Origin: Mobula hypostoma
Taxonomy: Eukaryota
Direction of reading: 5' to 3'
Length of the DNA stretch: 64,000 bases
NCBI RefSeq assembly: GCF_963921235.1
Contig: NC_086108.1
Location: 75,704,001-75,768,000 of the forward strand
Shown: positions 10,435 through 23,261 of the stretch, piece by piece
Layout: each line of letters begins with the position of its first letter
Position numbering within the stretch: position 1 is the stretch's first letter
The notes under the pieces: generated by a model
What the model was told of the DNA's origin: nothing
What the model saw: only the letters and a program-made list of their open reading frames with translations
Database searches by the model: none
Made by a program: the position numbers and the translations under genes

Positions 10435-13400
10435 TACAAGAATGGTCATGAGATGTACTGAAACAAAACAAATTGCATTCTAAATTTAATCAATAACTCC
10501 ACAGTAGACACAAAACAGCTTTCAAGTTTCCATTGAAGAACATCCTTTTCAGGGACTTTGCCCAGTTTAACATTTCTTAGAACCAACAGTTTCATAATTT
10601 CTGAGTCATTCGACGTCATTAATGAATTTTTCTTAATAAATTGGAAAGGATCACTTCATTTCACATTCTGACTCATAAACATTGTACAACTATTTGAGTT
10701 GTCTTCTTTTTGCAACCACAGTACTCCAGTTATTTATTCAATGTATACTGTTGTAATTAAACAACTTTCTGGAAAATGTACAATTAAGTTTGATTAATGA
10801 ACAAATTCACATTAATATTGCTATTCAATGTCAACACTTGTGGGTTGAATTTCCACAGCATCCGTTGATACTCCATTCTTCACAGAGATTCATTTTCCAT
10901 AATACAACCTATGTGACCAAATAAATCCAAATATGTACAAGGGCAAAATTACTTGTGGCAATTCTTACAAAATTACAAACCGTACAGTACTTCATTTAAA
11001 GGTTTTCCATTACAACTAGATCATTTGCAGTGGTAAATATACCAAATAGTTCAAAGTCTACAACTTTTCCATAATCATTACAAAAATAATTTTCCTAAGT
11101 CTCTAGTAGGCTTCAACATCCTATACAGCCCATTAATAAAAACAGCAAAACCGACATAGTTCCCCAAACCATATGATTTGCCTCTAGAAAGTGTTTACAT
11201 TTGGTTCTGTTATGATTCAAAGTAGACTTTCATTCTCCAAATCCAATGTCCTTATGTTACATTTTGTTGCCAGATTGATTTGTTCTTCAAACAAGCTAAT
11301 AGTTTTTTCTCCCCCATGACTGCAGCAGATGGAAATTACAGACTCCAAATAACCTTAGTTGACTGAATTCATACTTCACTTGTCATTCTACAACTAATAA
11401 TCACCAAAAACAACCAGTTGGGCTCTGTGCTGATTTCTACATAGAGCCAAGCACCAACAGTTTTTGAAATCAAGACTTGATAAACAAACGAATTCCACGT
11501 CCATTAATGGTTGCTTTGTAGTTGCTTTGTAGTCTGATAAAGATGACACTTCCATTGGTATGGCGTGGTGTTCTCCATTTTCATACCATTTCAACAAGTA
11601 TGAACTATAAAGAAGTACCCAGAGCCCATTTACTGTTCTACAATAAACTTAAATTTTCAGATGAAATCACACTTGTTAGACATTTGATAAAATAGCTTTA
11701 GCTGCATTGAATAGCTATTTGGAGCCTGGAGTTTCCCTTAAAAATCCAGATTAATTCATCATAAAAGCACAGCCAGGAAGTTATTCAAATGATGGAAATG
11801 TGAATATTAGCTGCTTAAATACATTATATTTCCCCCCACTAGGAAAAATGTGAAGGAAATTAATTATCAAATAGCAAACTATCAAGTACAACTTAATTTT
11901 TTCCACTTAAATGTATTTGCTAACAAAAGTCTCACAGTGAAAAATTCCTTAATGGAAGACCAATTGATAATCAAAGTCCTTTACAAACATTTTTAAATGG
12001 AGTTCAAGTAACAATTCTTTCTAAACCTTGACAATTAAATCTAGAATTAAGAATTTAAAACTTTAAGAAATTGATTTCAAAAGTTTTATTGCCAAAATTG
12101 TTTCCCAATTTGCCAATTTTAGAAAATAATGCATTTCCAAAACTAATGCCCAATGCACGTTATAATACTGTACATTTAACTGTTAAGTTCACAAACCAGG
12201 AAACCATTTATCCTCAATCAGCATAGACAAAAATTCTGCTGAATTTTTCCAATTAGTGGTTTTCAAATCATAACTTAAATAACCTTGAATTAGAGAGTTG
12301 AAAATTGATGGACTTGCTTGTGAATTTGAAGTGGTGGATAAAGCTTCTGAGAAAAGTAGTTTCCTCTCTATCCACAGAAAATACAGGTTTCACAGCATCT
12401 ATTAGGAGCTTCCAGACAGATCACAATGCTTGGGTGATCATTAGTTTGAAAATTAATAAAATTCTACTTAAAGCAAAATAGTCTTTTCTGGGCACATCAA
12501 GCTCACTGGATTACCTGACCATTTTAGATCGGCCATTATGCTTCTCAAAACTCTGTGTTTTAGTTATTTAAACATACACTTCATCTGAAGTTGCCTGCAA
12601 AGCCCACAGCCACATGGTAGACTGACTATTGGTCAATATTCTCCTCCATCTTCCTATCTTCATTTGAAACATTGATATATGGTTTCACAGTGCATGTTCC
12701 AGATCTCCTATATGGAGGGTCCCAAGTACAGCTAACCAGTTATACTTTAAGGATCCATGTAGATGTAGCAAAAGCATGGTTATGAAAGCAGCTCAAAAAT
12801 AGGCAAGTGAAAACACCCAATTAAAAATGTAATCCACACCTCAGTACCAGATGTAGCATGTCCCTCTGTTCAGAAATGAAGGTAGTTAATCATTAAATGA
12901 AAAGCAATGAACTCTATAGAAAAAAGTTGAATAATTTCTGAAGCCTTTTTTTAAAGCTACTATTTTGAATAGTTTAGAAGCTTGCAGATTTTCTTGCAGC
13001 CATGGGATAAATTCCAGTATTGCACACTAAAAGGGCACTCAGCTTTCTCCATTGTACTATTGAGAAAATAGGTGGTAGGCAGAAATTTGAAAATAATGTA
13101 AGGTACATTAGTCATATGCAATTTTTTGTCACCTATTTTCTGCGAGTCCCAGCTTATTTTCAGGTCATTATGCTCCTAGTTACTTTAATAACTAATAACC
13201 ATATCACATTCAGAAACAAGACTTTCTGGAAGATGTTACTCAACAAACTATTCCTAAAACTACCTGTTTTCTGCTCAATTACAGCCATGTAATAGACAAG
13301 TTTTGGTAAAGAGCAACTCAAAATAGCACTAATTAAGCTATATTTGGCTGTACATAGACTAAAGAAAAACAGAACTGGATTTAAAATGTAATCCCACTAG

Positions 13401-16347
13401 TTTTCTGTCCTTTAATACCTGGTTCTGTTTAGAGAAAGCAAAGTAGCAAGAATACTCAATTCAGAAATGGAAAATTGTAAAATTTGACCGTTCAGATCAA
13501 AATAAGGAACTCCTTACACTCAAATTTCTGTATAATTTCTTGATGGATATAAGAGTAACTACAGAATGGGATCCAATGATTGAGGGAGATGGGGAGCTGT
13601 GTTCATTAAAGAGGGTCAAGTATGATTGGTACAGCAATCTAAGTTCCAGCAAAAAAAAATTAAACTGCAGATGCTGGAGATCCAACCAAAAACAATCAGC
13701 AGGTCAAGGAGTACCTGCAAAAAGAGAAACCATTAATATATCAGCTCTGTGATTCAACTCTTTCCACAGATCCAACCCAGCCTGCTGATCATATCCAATA
13801 TTATGATCCAAAATATTTTCCATTTTCAAAGAAAAATAGTTCGTATGTTTTTGCTGTGCAACTACCCGCCCCCCCCCCCCCGCCATTGTTGATTTGGATG
13901 GTTATAAATCAGTACATTGTATATCTGCCCACTTGGTATCAGTAATTAATTTATGTAAAACAGTGTGTGAAACTAAAACTAAGTAGAAAGAATCAACACA
14001 AAGTTTAACCAAACCAAAAGAAAGAGGTATTCTAGTTTAAAAATACAAAATCACATGGATTGTCACTTGAACAATATAACATTATAACAGTAACCCAAAC
14101 CATGGCCAATTGGTGGTCAAAGATGATGTCAAGCAATGTGTTACCATCTTCAAAATAAAGCTCATTAAAGTACAGTACAAGATAATCTCTGCTAAAAACA
14201 CTTATGCAGCACTTACAATCTCAGCCAAGATTTCAATCTTAATAGAACGAATTACGTAGTGCAACTTATTTAAACATCTTCATAAGAAATGATAAACTGA
14301 GCAGAAGCGAGGAAGGACTTTTTCTATTCTGGTATTAGATTACATGGGTCATACCTCAAAGTGAATGCAAGTCATTTTCTCCATAGAATTATGCATTGCT
14401 TGCACACTTCTGGTACAGAAAATAGAAAAATGTCACCAAGATATATTTTTTTTTATATAAAGTTCAGGAACCAACTTCTTCAAGATTTAACAGTTCATCC
14501 CATCAAGGAATCCCAAAAGCACATTCAAACAAAGAAACCAAGAAAAATCCAAGGGAATTTCTAAACCAAACAAGCCTCAATGCAAATAACGCAGCTAGCC
14601 AAATTAACGTAGGATTCAAACGCACTTCAGTTTTAATTAAAAACTAGAGAGCATTAAGTAAATGGTGCAATTTGATTAACACAACTGTCTTCACCATAAC
14701 ACTGTAACTTGGATGGTCAAACTGAATGTTATTCAAAAGAAAACTGGTCAAATCACAAGAAAATAAATAAACATACATAAAAACGTAAAACTAAAATAAC
14801 GCAATTTAAAGAAATTAGAAGCAAATGCTGATCAATTAATTTAATTTGATGGGTCTAAATAGTGGGCGACATCGCACATCTGTTGACTACATCAAATTCG
14901 ACTGGGGGTACAAATTGACAGATTATCAACAATACAATAAAATGCATAGTAGGAAAATCTGGAATAAGTTTGAAAAAAAATGGTCAAGATAAACTGAGGT
15001 AACTTTACCATTAGTTAAGGTGCAAATTATATGGTCTAATTTACCTTAATGAATATTTCCAATCTAGATTAAATCCAGACTTCGCTTAAACAAAGATGTA
15101 AAAATAAAAATTCTGTAATTCACATCCATTAGTAAAACCTTAACTAATTGATTAAATAAAAAGCATTCTCCACAAGGAGTAGTAGTATGCATCTCGATAA
15201 GAGGAAGGAAGCAGAAAATACAAAATCTACACTTAAATCATGGCACAACAGCCAATTACAAAGAAATACGAAAGAGTTCACATTTTTTGAGATCAAGAGA
15301 AGAAAGCTAATTTGAACAAAATCTCAAAATAATGGAATTGATTGCACAGTAAAAGATAAATACACCATCGATTTTCTTTTCTGCAAACTTGAAAATCTTT
15401 GCACTAATCCTGTGAGTTGACCCATCATAGATGATTACAGACATGGCACCTTGTGGCAATACATCCAACTCTGTTACAGTAGTCCAGGTTGAAATACAAA
15501 ATATACAGTAGTAACATCTTTCAAGCTATAGGAAAGTGATGAAGTGCTTGTCTTGTAGTAAGAAATCTTTATGGTCCACCTTGTTAATTTGAGTATAGCT
15601 TAAATTTAGTCAAAAATTACATCATTCATGTGGACACAGAAAGTATTGATAAACACAGTTTACTGTGTACTGGTACGCTTGGATTTGCAGGCTATCCTTA
15701 AAGGTAACACAGTACTCTTACCTCGCACAGATTTATGTAGAAACATGAAAAAAACAATGAAATAGATTTTTAAATAATTCGTAAAATATAGATGTAATTT
15801 TTTGAGAGGAGTCTCGACTAGCCCACAAATAAAAAGTTGGTTATTTTTCCCAATAAATATCCCAGAAAATTTTAACTGCAAGTCCAGCTATTAAAGACCA
15901 TAGATGATGCAACAAATCATTTCCAATAGAGGAAAATTGGAAAATATTTACTTGTTTACAAGCCGAGGAAAACTAGTCATCAAACTGATACCTCACAAAT
16001 ACTGAAAGGCGCTGGGGTACATATTGCATGCATGCAGGTGATATTTAGTAGAAGTTACCTTTGGCTGGTTTATAAAGCTACTTCCATAAAATATATGAAT
16101 CAATTAGAAATAAGATGCAAAAGGTTTACCCAAATAAGTCAATTTACCATACTGGCCAATCACCAAATATCAAATTAATCAGAATAGACTGTGATCCATG
16201 GTACCTGCACCTCAAAGTTTGAAAAGAGCTTTGGAATTCTAGACTTTCATATCATTCCTGACCAGATAAAAATAACTGGATTTTTTTTTTTTTAATCAAG
16301 CAGAAAGAAGTTGTTAAAAGTAACCAACACAATTTATGAATGTTTCT

Positions 16348-17375
16348 TCAAATATTGCATTTTGACTGAAGGTGGCAAGGATTTGAATTCATGCATGGAT
16401 TCAGCACCACAGAGGAATGCCCTTCCACGTCAGATGCTTCAGCACAATTACCTGGGTCTATTTCATCTCGCTCCAGTGCAATACTGACACTAAAAGATGA
16501 CTTGTGTTCTGGTATTGCTAATTTTGACATGTCCCTCTGCATTTCTCGCTCCTTCACTTCTTCACTGGAAATTGAGCTATTCCAGTTGCCGCAAGATGTA
16601 CCATTTAAATTTGGCTCATTGCCTCCTGTTATACAATTACAATTCAAGCTCTCTGGAACGCGGAGACTGTAGCTTTCTTCAGTTTTTAAGATGTTTAGTT
16701 GTGTCCTGCGCTCTGTACACAGGTCATTTCCATCCGGTATGTCTTCACTTCCTGAACAGTCCATAGCATCAAACTGTTCTGATGAAAGAGATTGCAGAAT
16801 TGGAAGTTTCTGTTTAAATGGTGGAATCTCCGAAACAGAATATTTGGAAGTGTTCAACACTTTCTGTCTCACATCCGTTCCCAACTGCACCGGGTCACAT
16901 TTCCCCAATGTTAATGAAAAGGGCCCAAAACTATGACATTCTTTTGTTGGCAAAACAGGTGAAACTGGAAGGGATCGATATCGTCGCTCAGAGACGAAAG
17001 TTTCCTGAAAATCCCCAGTAAGGTTCTGTTTGGCTTGGGTTGTTGAAATGAACGAGCAGTCTGCAGAATCAGGTGAAGGCAGGTCAAATGCTAGAGATAT
17101 TACCGATTTACTTGGTGTGTCTACAAATTTTATTTTTCCACCTTTCAAGTCCTGCCTTGCAATGAAAGGATTAATTTTGTGTGACGTTCCCTTGCTAGGA
17201 GTATAGTATGGATCTTGGACATTAATCTTCCGACTAACTTTTCGGGTAAAGAAATCAGACCGACTGCGAGAAAGCCATATATTACGACGTGGCCGAGGCG
17301 ATTTGGGTGGAATCTTATCACTTGGACATACCAGAGGACTGCATCTTTTTATTGCCTGTCCTTTCTCCCCAGCAC
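16348..17375 (-). CDS. TESK2: TESK2 terminal coding exon
   Basis: Acceptor tatag|GT (phase 1). Encodes ...IPPKSPRPRRNIWLSRSRSDFF...DPYY...INPFIARQDLKGGKIKFVDTPSKSVISLAFDL...RRYRSLPVSP...CNI*, matching the TESK2 C-terminal conserved blocks. Confidence 0.95.
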
Positions 17376-17660
17376 CTATAAATGATCATAAAATAAGAAC
17401 ATTACAACCAATTTACAACTTAAAGAAATTTAAACCTGCAATACTTGCTAATAATATTTCTAAGCCACAAGGACTGAGCTACTTTGCATAAAACCAGAAG
17501 ACAGCAACACTACTAAAAGAAATGTTAACAGTCCTCTTGTCAGTGTATTAAAACTTTCTTGAGTTTAACCATGAGCAATCCAGATAAACATTGAGTAAAA
17601 TTAAGTAAAGATATAACAGTGCTAGTACACACAAAATTTCATGGCAGGTCAACTTTAAGT

Positions 17661-18050
17661 ACATTCAATGGCCACTTTATTAGGTACACCTGCTTGTTAA
17701 AGCACATATCTAATCAGCCAATCGTATGACAACAACTCAATGCATAAAAGCACGCAGACATAGTCGAGGTTCAGTTGTTGTTCAGACCAAACATCAGAGT
17801 GGGAAAGAAATGTGATCGAAGTGACTTTGACCATGGAATGATTATTGGTACCAGACAGGGTATCTAAGTATGTCAGAAACTGCTGATGTCCTGGGATTTC
17901 TGTGTGCAATGATCTCTAGAGTTTACAGAGAATGGTGCAAAAAAAAACACACAAAAAAAGTGAGCAGCGGTTCTGTGGGCAAAAATGCCTTGTTAATGAG
18001 AGATGTCAGAGGAGAATGGCCAGACTGGTTCAAGCTGATAGGAAGGTTGA
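17661..18050 (+). mobile_element. Tc1-family DNA transposon fragment
   Basis: Begins ta-cattcaatggccactttattaggtacacc. Translation resembles a Tc1 N-terminal HTH region (SETADVLGF..ISRVYREW). Confidence 0.65.
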
Positions 18051-18084
18051 TCGGTGCCTGAGAAGAATGTGGTAACCTGTTGCA

Positions 18085-19355
18085 ATGACTATCATCCAGA
18101 AGCATTTACATCCACTATGATGAAGTGCTTTGAGAGGTTGATGATGAAACACATCAGCTTCTCTAAGAAGTGACTTACAGCCATGCTTATTTGCCTAACA
18201 TCACAACAGGTCAACAGCAGGTGCCATTTCATTGGCTCCCCACTCAACACTGGAACATCTAGACAGTGAAGACGCATACATCAGGATGTTCTTCATTGAT
18301 TACAGCTTGGCATTCAATACTATCATCCTCTCAAAACTAATCAATAAGCTTCAAGACCTAGGCCTCAATACCTCCTTGTGCAAATGGATCCTCAATTTCC
18401 TCACTTGCAGATCCCAGTCATTTCAGATTGGCGACAACATTTCCTCCACAATCACCATCAGCACAGGTGTGCAAGGCTACGTGCTTAGCCCCCTGCTCTA
18501 CTTTTACTTGCTTTATACTTATTTCTGTGAGGCTAAGCACAGCTCCAATATCATATTTAAGTTTGTTCACAACACCACTATCGTTAGTCAAGTCAAAGAA
18601 GGGGTGACAAATCAGCATTTAGGAGGGAGACTGAAAACGTGGCAGAGTGGTGCCACAACAACAACCTCTCACTCAGTGTCAGTTATACCAAGGAGCTGAT
18701 TATTGACTTCTGGAGGAGGAAATTGAAGTCTTCAACCAGTGATCAGAGGTGGAGTTGATCAGGAACTTTAAATTCCTTGTGTTATCATTTCAGTGGATCT
18801 GGCTTGGGTCCAACATGCAAGAACTATTCAGCAAAAAAAAAAGCACAACAGCACCTCTAACCTTAAAGAAAAGCCTACAACAGTAGTGGATACAGCTCAG
18901 TCAATCACAGGTAAAACCCTCCCCACCACTGAGCACATCTACATGGAGCACTGTCACAGGAAAGCAATACCCATCAAAGACCCCCACCACCCAGGCCAAC
19001 AGGAAAGAGGTACAGGAGCCTCAGGACTCAAAGCACCAGGTTCAGAAGCAATTACCACTCGTAATCAGGCTCTTGAATCTGATGGGATAACTTCACTCAT
19101 TCCTTCACTGAACTGTTCCCACAACCACTGCACTCATTTTCAAGGACCCTACAACCCATTTCCACAATATTTATTATTTATTTTAAAATTTTTTTTTTCT
19201 TTTTTTTTCTTTTTGTATTTGTAGAGTTTGCCTTTTGCACACTGGTAGTCTGTCCATTCTGTTTGTTGGGGTCTTTTCAGGGAATCTATCATGTTTCTTG
19301 TATTTATTGTGAATGCCCACAAGAAAGCAAATCTTGGGGTTGTAAATGGTGATAT
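18085..19355 (+). mobile_element. Rex1/Babar-type LINE RT fragment
   Basis: ORF 18232..18699 contains [17 protein letters not shown] and GYVLSPLLY. Preceded by MKCFERL. Confidence 0.85.
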
Positions 19356-20139
19356 AATAATATTAAAATATTATATACATCCAGCTGCTGAATAACTATA
19401 CTACATGCCTTTCTTTAAAAAAGAAAAATGCAAGTTTTGAAGGCAAAATCCATTTCTTCACAATCTAAACTCAAACCCAAACAATCATAAATATTGATAT
19501 TAAAATCAATCAGGTGAGGGTTCAGACTGGGGTGGGGTGGTGAAAGAAATCATTTAATACCTGAGAACAGGACCAAACCAATCATTTTGGTGGCAGACGC
19601 AGTGTGCTAATGTCCTATTTTGGTGAAGCAAAATTTCAATAATCACATTTTAAAAAGGTTGAGATTGAAATTAACTACTGCCCACTTGCTTTCCCAGTGT
19701 TTTGGGGTCACAGTACAAACAGATATCTAAACAAAGTACACTGGAAAGATTGTGAACAAAGGGAATAAAAATCAATTGAAGCAAACCATTAGGGTAGAGT
19801 TGATTGAACCTGATATTTGTAACATAACTTATATTTGCAAATTATTTAAAACTCTAGATGCCCCCAACATTGGATAAAGTCTATTCATTTTAGCAATATT
19901 TAAACCATCACCAGTCCAAAATACAGGGGAAAAAAGCAGCTTCAAATGGTTTATTTCTCATCAGTGATACAGACAAGTGCTGGACAACCACCAAACTAGT
20001 ATTTCTCCCCTTTAACAATCACATTTACATTATAAATCTGCACCTGGCAGCAAGAACATGATAAGGAATCTGTTTCTCTCATTAATTTTCTTAATCTCAG
20101 TGCAAATGAGGACAAAGCAAAACCACTCGTCCCTAAACA

Positions 20140-22200
20140 AAATACAAAAAATGCTGGAGATAGTTAGCAGGTCAGACAGCAACTATGGAGAGGAGTAAAC
20201 AGTCGACATTTCAAGCTGATCCTCCTTCATTACGGCTCGAAAAAAAGGAGGAAGGTGGTGGAAGGAGGAAAGGCTGGTCGGTAAGGACAAGGAAAAATGT
20301 TATGGCAGCAGAAGAATGTGGTAAAGGGCAGGAAATGGAGCTGACAGGTGAGACCAGGTGAGTGAACCATGGGAGAAAGGGAAGATCACAAGCCACTCCG
20401 CCATGAGCTAAACTATTCTCCCATCTAGACAAGAAAGAGGTGGGGAGGGGGGGGGAACCAGAGGGAGGTAATGCGCAGGTTAAGAGAAATGGTAGAGGGG
20501 AACCAGAATGGGGAATGGAATAGTGGGAAGGGTGGGGGGGAAAGAGAAGTTACCAGAAGTTAAGAGAAATTGATGGTCATGTCAGAATGGAAAGTTGAAT
20601 TAAAATGGATAGCCACTAAGAAACCTGCACGTTTACAGCAGTGTGTCAGGATAGACATCAGTGGGGAGGGTTGTCAGCACTTGAGAGTCATGTACAGAGC
20701 GATCCCTAATGAAAGCAGAAAGTGGAAGGAAGAAAAGATGTGTTTGGTAGCAAGATCCTGTTGAAGGTGGTGGAAGGTGCACAGAATGGTGTGTTAGGTG
20801 CGGCGGAGGCTTGTAGGAAGATAGGCAAGGACAAGGGGAACTCTATTCCTGTTATGACAGCAGGAAGGTGGGGCAAAGGCATATGTCCAGGAAATGGAGA
20901 TGCAGCTGAGAGCAGCATTAATGGTAGTGGTGGTGGGGTGGGGGGGGGGACCCTGTTCTTTGAAGGAGGGCATCTCAAATGTTCTAGAATGAAAAGGCTC
21001 ATCCTGGGAAGAGATGGAGGAACTGAGAAAAGGGAATAGAATTTTTACAAATGACAGGGTGGGAAGAGGTTTAGTCAAGTTATTTGAGAGGGTCAGTAGG
21101 TTTAGAAAAGTTAAATGTAGACAGTCTGTCTCCAGAGATGGAGACAGATTGAGAAAGGAGAATATAAGAGATGGACCACAAGTAAATTTGAGGACAGATT
21201 GGAAGTTTGAGGCAAAGTTGATTAAATAGGGCTCAGCATCAGTGTAGGAAGGAACAACAATGCAGTCGCCTATGTTAAGAGAGGAAGATCTTAACCTCTC
21301 CACAAAGCCACTAAAAGGCAGGCATAGCTGGGGGCCATGCAGGTGCCTATGGCTAGAGTTTGGGTTTGGAGAAAGTGAGAGGAGCAGAAAGAAATTGAGG
21401 GCAAGGACGAATTTAGCTAGACGGAGGATATTGGTGGAGGGGCAAGTTAGGCTTATTGTCTAGAAAAAAAAAAGATTTAAGGCCTTCCTGATGGGTATAA
21501 AACTGGACACCTTTAGTGAAAAATGAGGTGATCTGCGCCAGGGAATAGCGATTGAAGAGAGAGTGTGTGAAGTGTTACTGATGTAGATAGGAAAGGACTG
21601 AATCAAGGGGACAAAATGGAGCTGAGGTAAGCAGATACAAGGTCAGTGGGGCAAGGATCAGGTAGAAATAATGGGTTTACCCAGACATTCATGTTTATGG
21701 ATCTTGGTAGGAGGTAGAAACAAGCAGTGCGGGGTAAGGGAACTGTGAGATTAATGGCAGTTGATGGGAGATCTCCAGAGTTGCTGAGGTTGGTGATAGT
21801 GCAGAAGACAATGGCCTAATGCTCCTTAGTGGGGTCCTTTTCAAGGGCTATATAAGAGGATACTGCCTGGCCTCTGCATGGTAGATGTCAGTCCCCCAGA
21901 CCGCAACATCACCATCCTTGTCTGCAGATTTGCTTATGAAATTGGGATTGATGTGGAGAGAGAGTGTAGAGGGCAGTGCTTTCAGAGAGAGTGAGATTCA
22001 AATAAGACAGGAATTGATGTCTCTTTGGCAGTCAGAAATGAAAAGATCAACAGCAGGCAGTAGACCAGAGCAGGCTTGTCCAAGAAGAGAATGTGGGTTG
22101 AAGACAGAACAATAGGTCATCTGTGCGGGAGGGGAATCCATACCAAAGAAATGGGCTCTGAGGCAGAGGCAACAGAAGAGCTCGGCATTGTGGCAGGCAG
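20140..22200 (-). mobile_element. Penelope-like element, degenerate RT to 3' terminal repeat
   Basis: Minus strand has AIGTCMAPSYA (PLE RT GxxMG motif) at ~21320-21353 and NRNRVPLVLAY. A degenerate hammerhead-bearing terminal repeat sits at ~20140-20230. Confidence 0.75.
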
Positions 22201-23261
22201 GTGCAGACCTCACTGAGCTGTGGGTGCAGGGAGCAATAAAATATAAAAGGGGGACAGTAATAAACTATGATGGGAGCACACCACTGCAATTTTATTTCGC
22301 TAGAAGGCAATGGCAAACCACTGCTGTAACTTGCCTTGTACACAGTTCCCCACTACGTCAGAGAGGCATGGTGGGAAATCACCCACAAACCGGAGAAACT
22401 CCGGATGCGACGTACCTTTCCTTTTTCTTAAGAAGATACAACGCTTGCAATTCCAATAAATGCTAGTAACTTTCTTAGCTTAGTTATATGCCTGTTCTGC
22501 TTGCATAAGCTGAGTTGGTGGTGCCTGAGCAGATGACCAAGGACAATTTCAAAGGCAAACCCAGCCAAACTGTCTTTCATGGATATGCTTTGCATCAGAA
22601 GTTGTTGAATAATCAAGGGTCTTTACTTTTCCCTTCTTGCAGCACAAAAACTTGTGGGGAACAATTTTAGCTGTAAGAAGTCATGTAAAATTCAGCCATA
22701 TACTGTATTTCTCATCCTGGTACATTACAATCAGACATAGAACATGGACCCTTCAGTTCACTGTTCCACACCGACCATTAATCACCCATTTACAAAAATT
22801 CCACTTTTTCCTCTTAGATCCCACACCAACTCCACTTTCCCAATTCCCTTGCCACCACCTATCCTAGAAACAATTAAGGAGGCCTTGTAACCTACCAGCC
22901 AAAAGATCTTTGATATGTAAGTGGAACTAAAGCACCAGGGGAAACACACATGATGATCGGGAGAATATGCAAGTCCTATAGACAGCATTCAAGCTTAGAA
23001 CTGAACTTGAGCTTCCGCTAAGACAACAGCACCATCCCAAGCCACTGTGCAGCAAGCTATTGAAGTCAATCTGAGAATAACTACTGTATATGCTTTAAGT
23101 CCACTGCCCACCTTAACTTCTGTCCATGTACAGCAAATCCATTTGCTTACACTAGGTCCTTCTCTGCCTTGTCTATTTAAGTGCCTGCCTAAACATCTCT
23201 TAAATGTAGTGACTGAGCCAATACCATTCCTCTTCTGGCAGGCAGCTGCATACACGGCAGA

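Noticed and set aside
16348..17148. 266-aa ORF starting at TTG
   Set aside because: Part of the TESK2 last exon, which begins at 17375.
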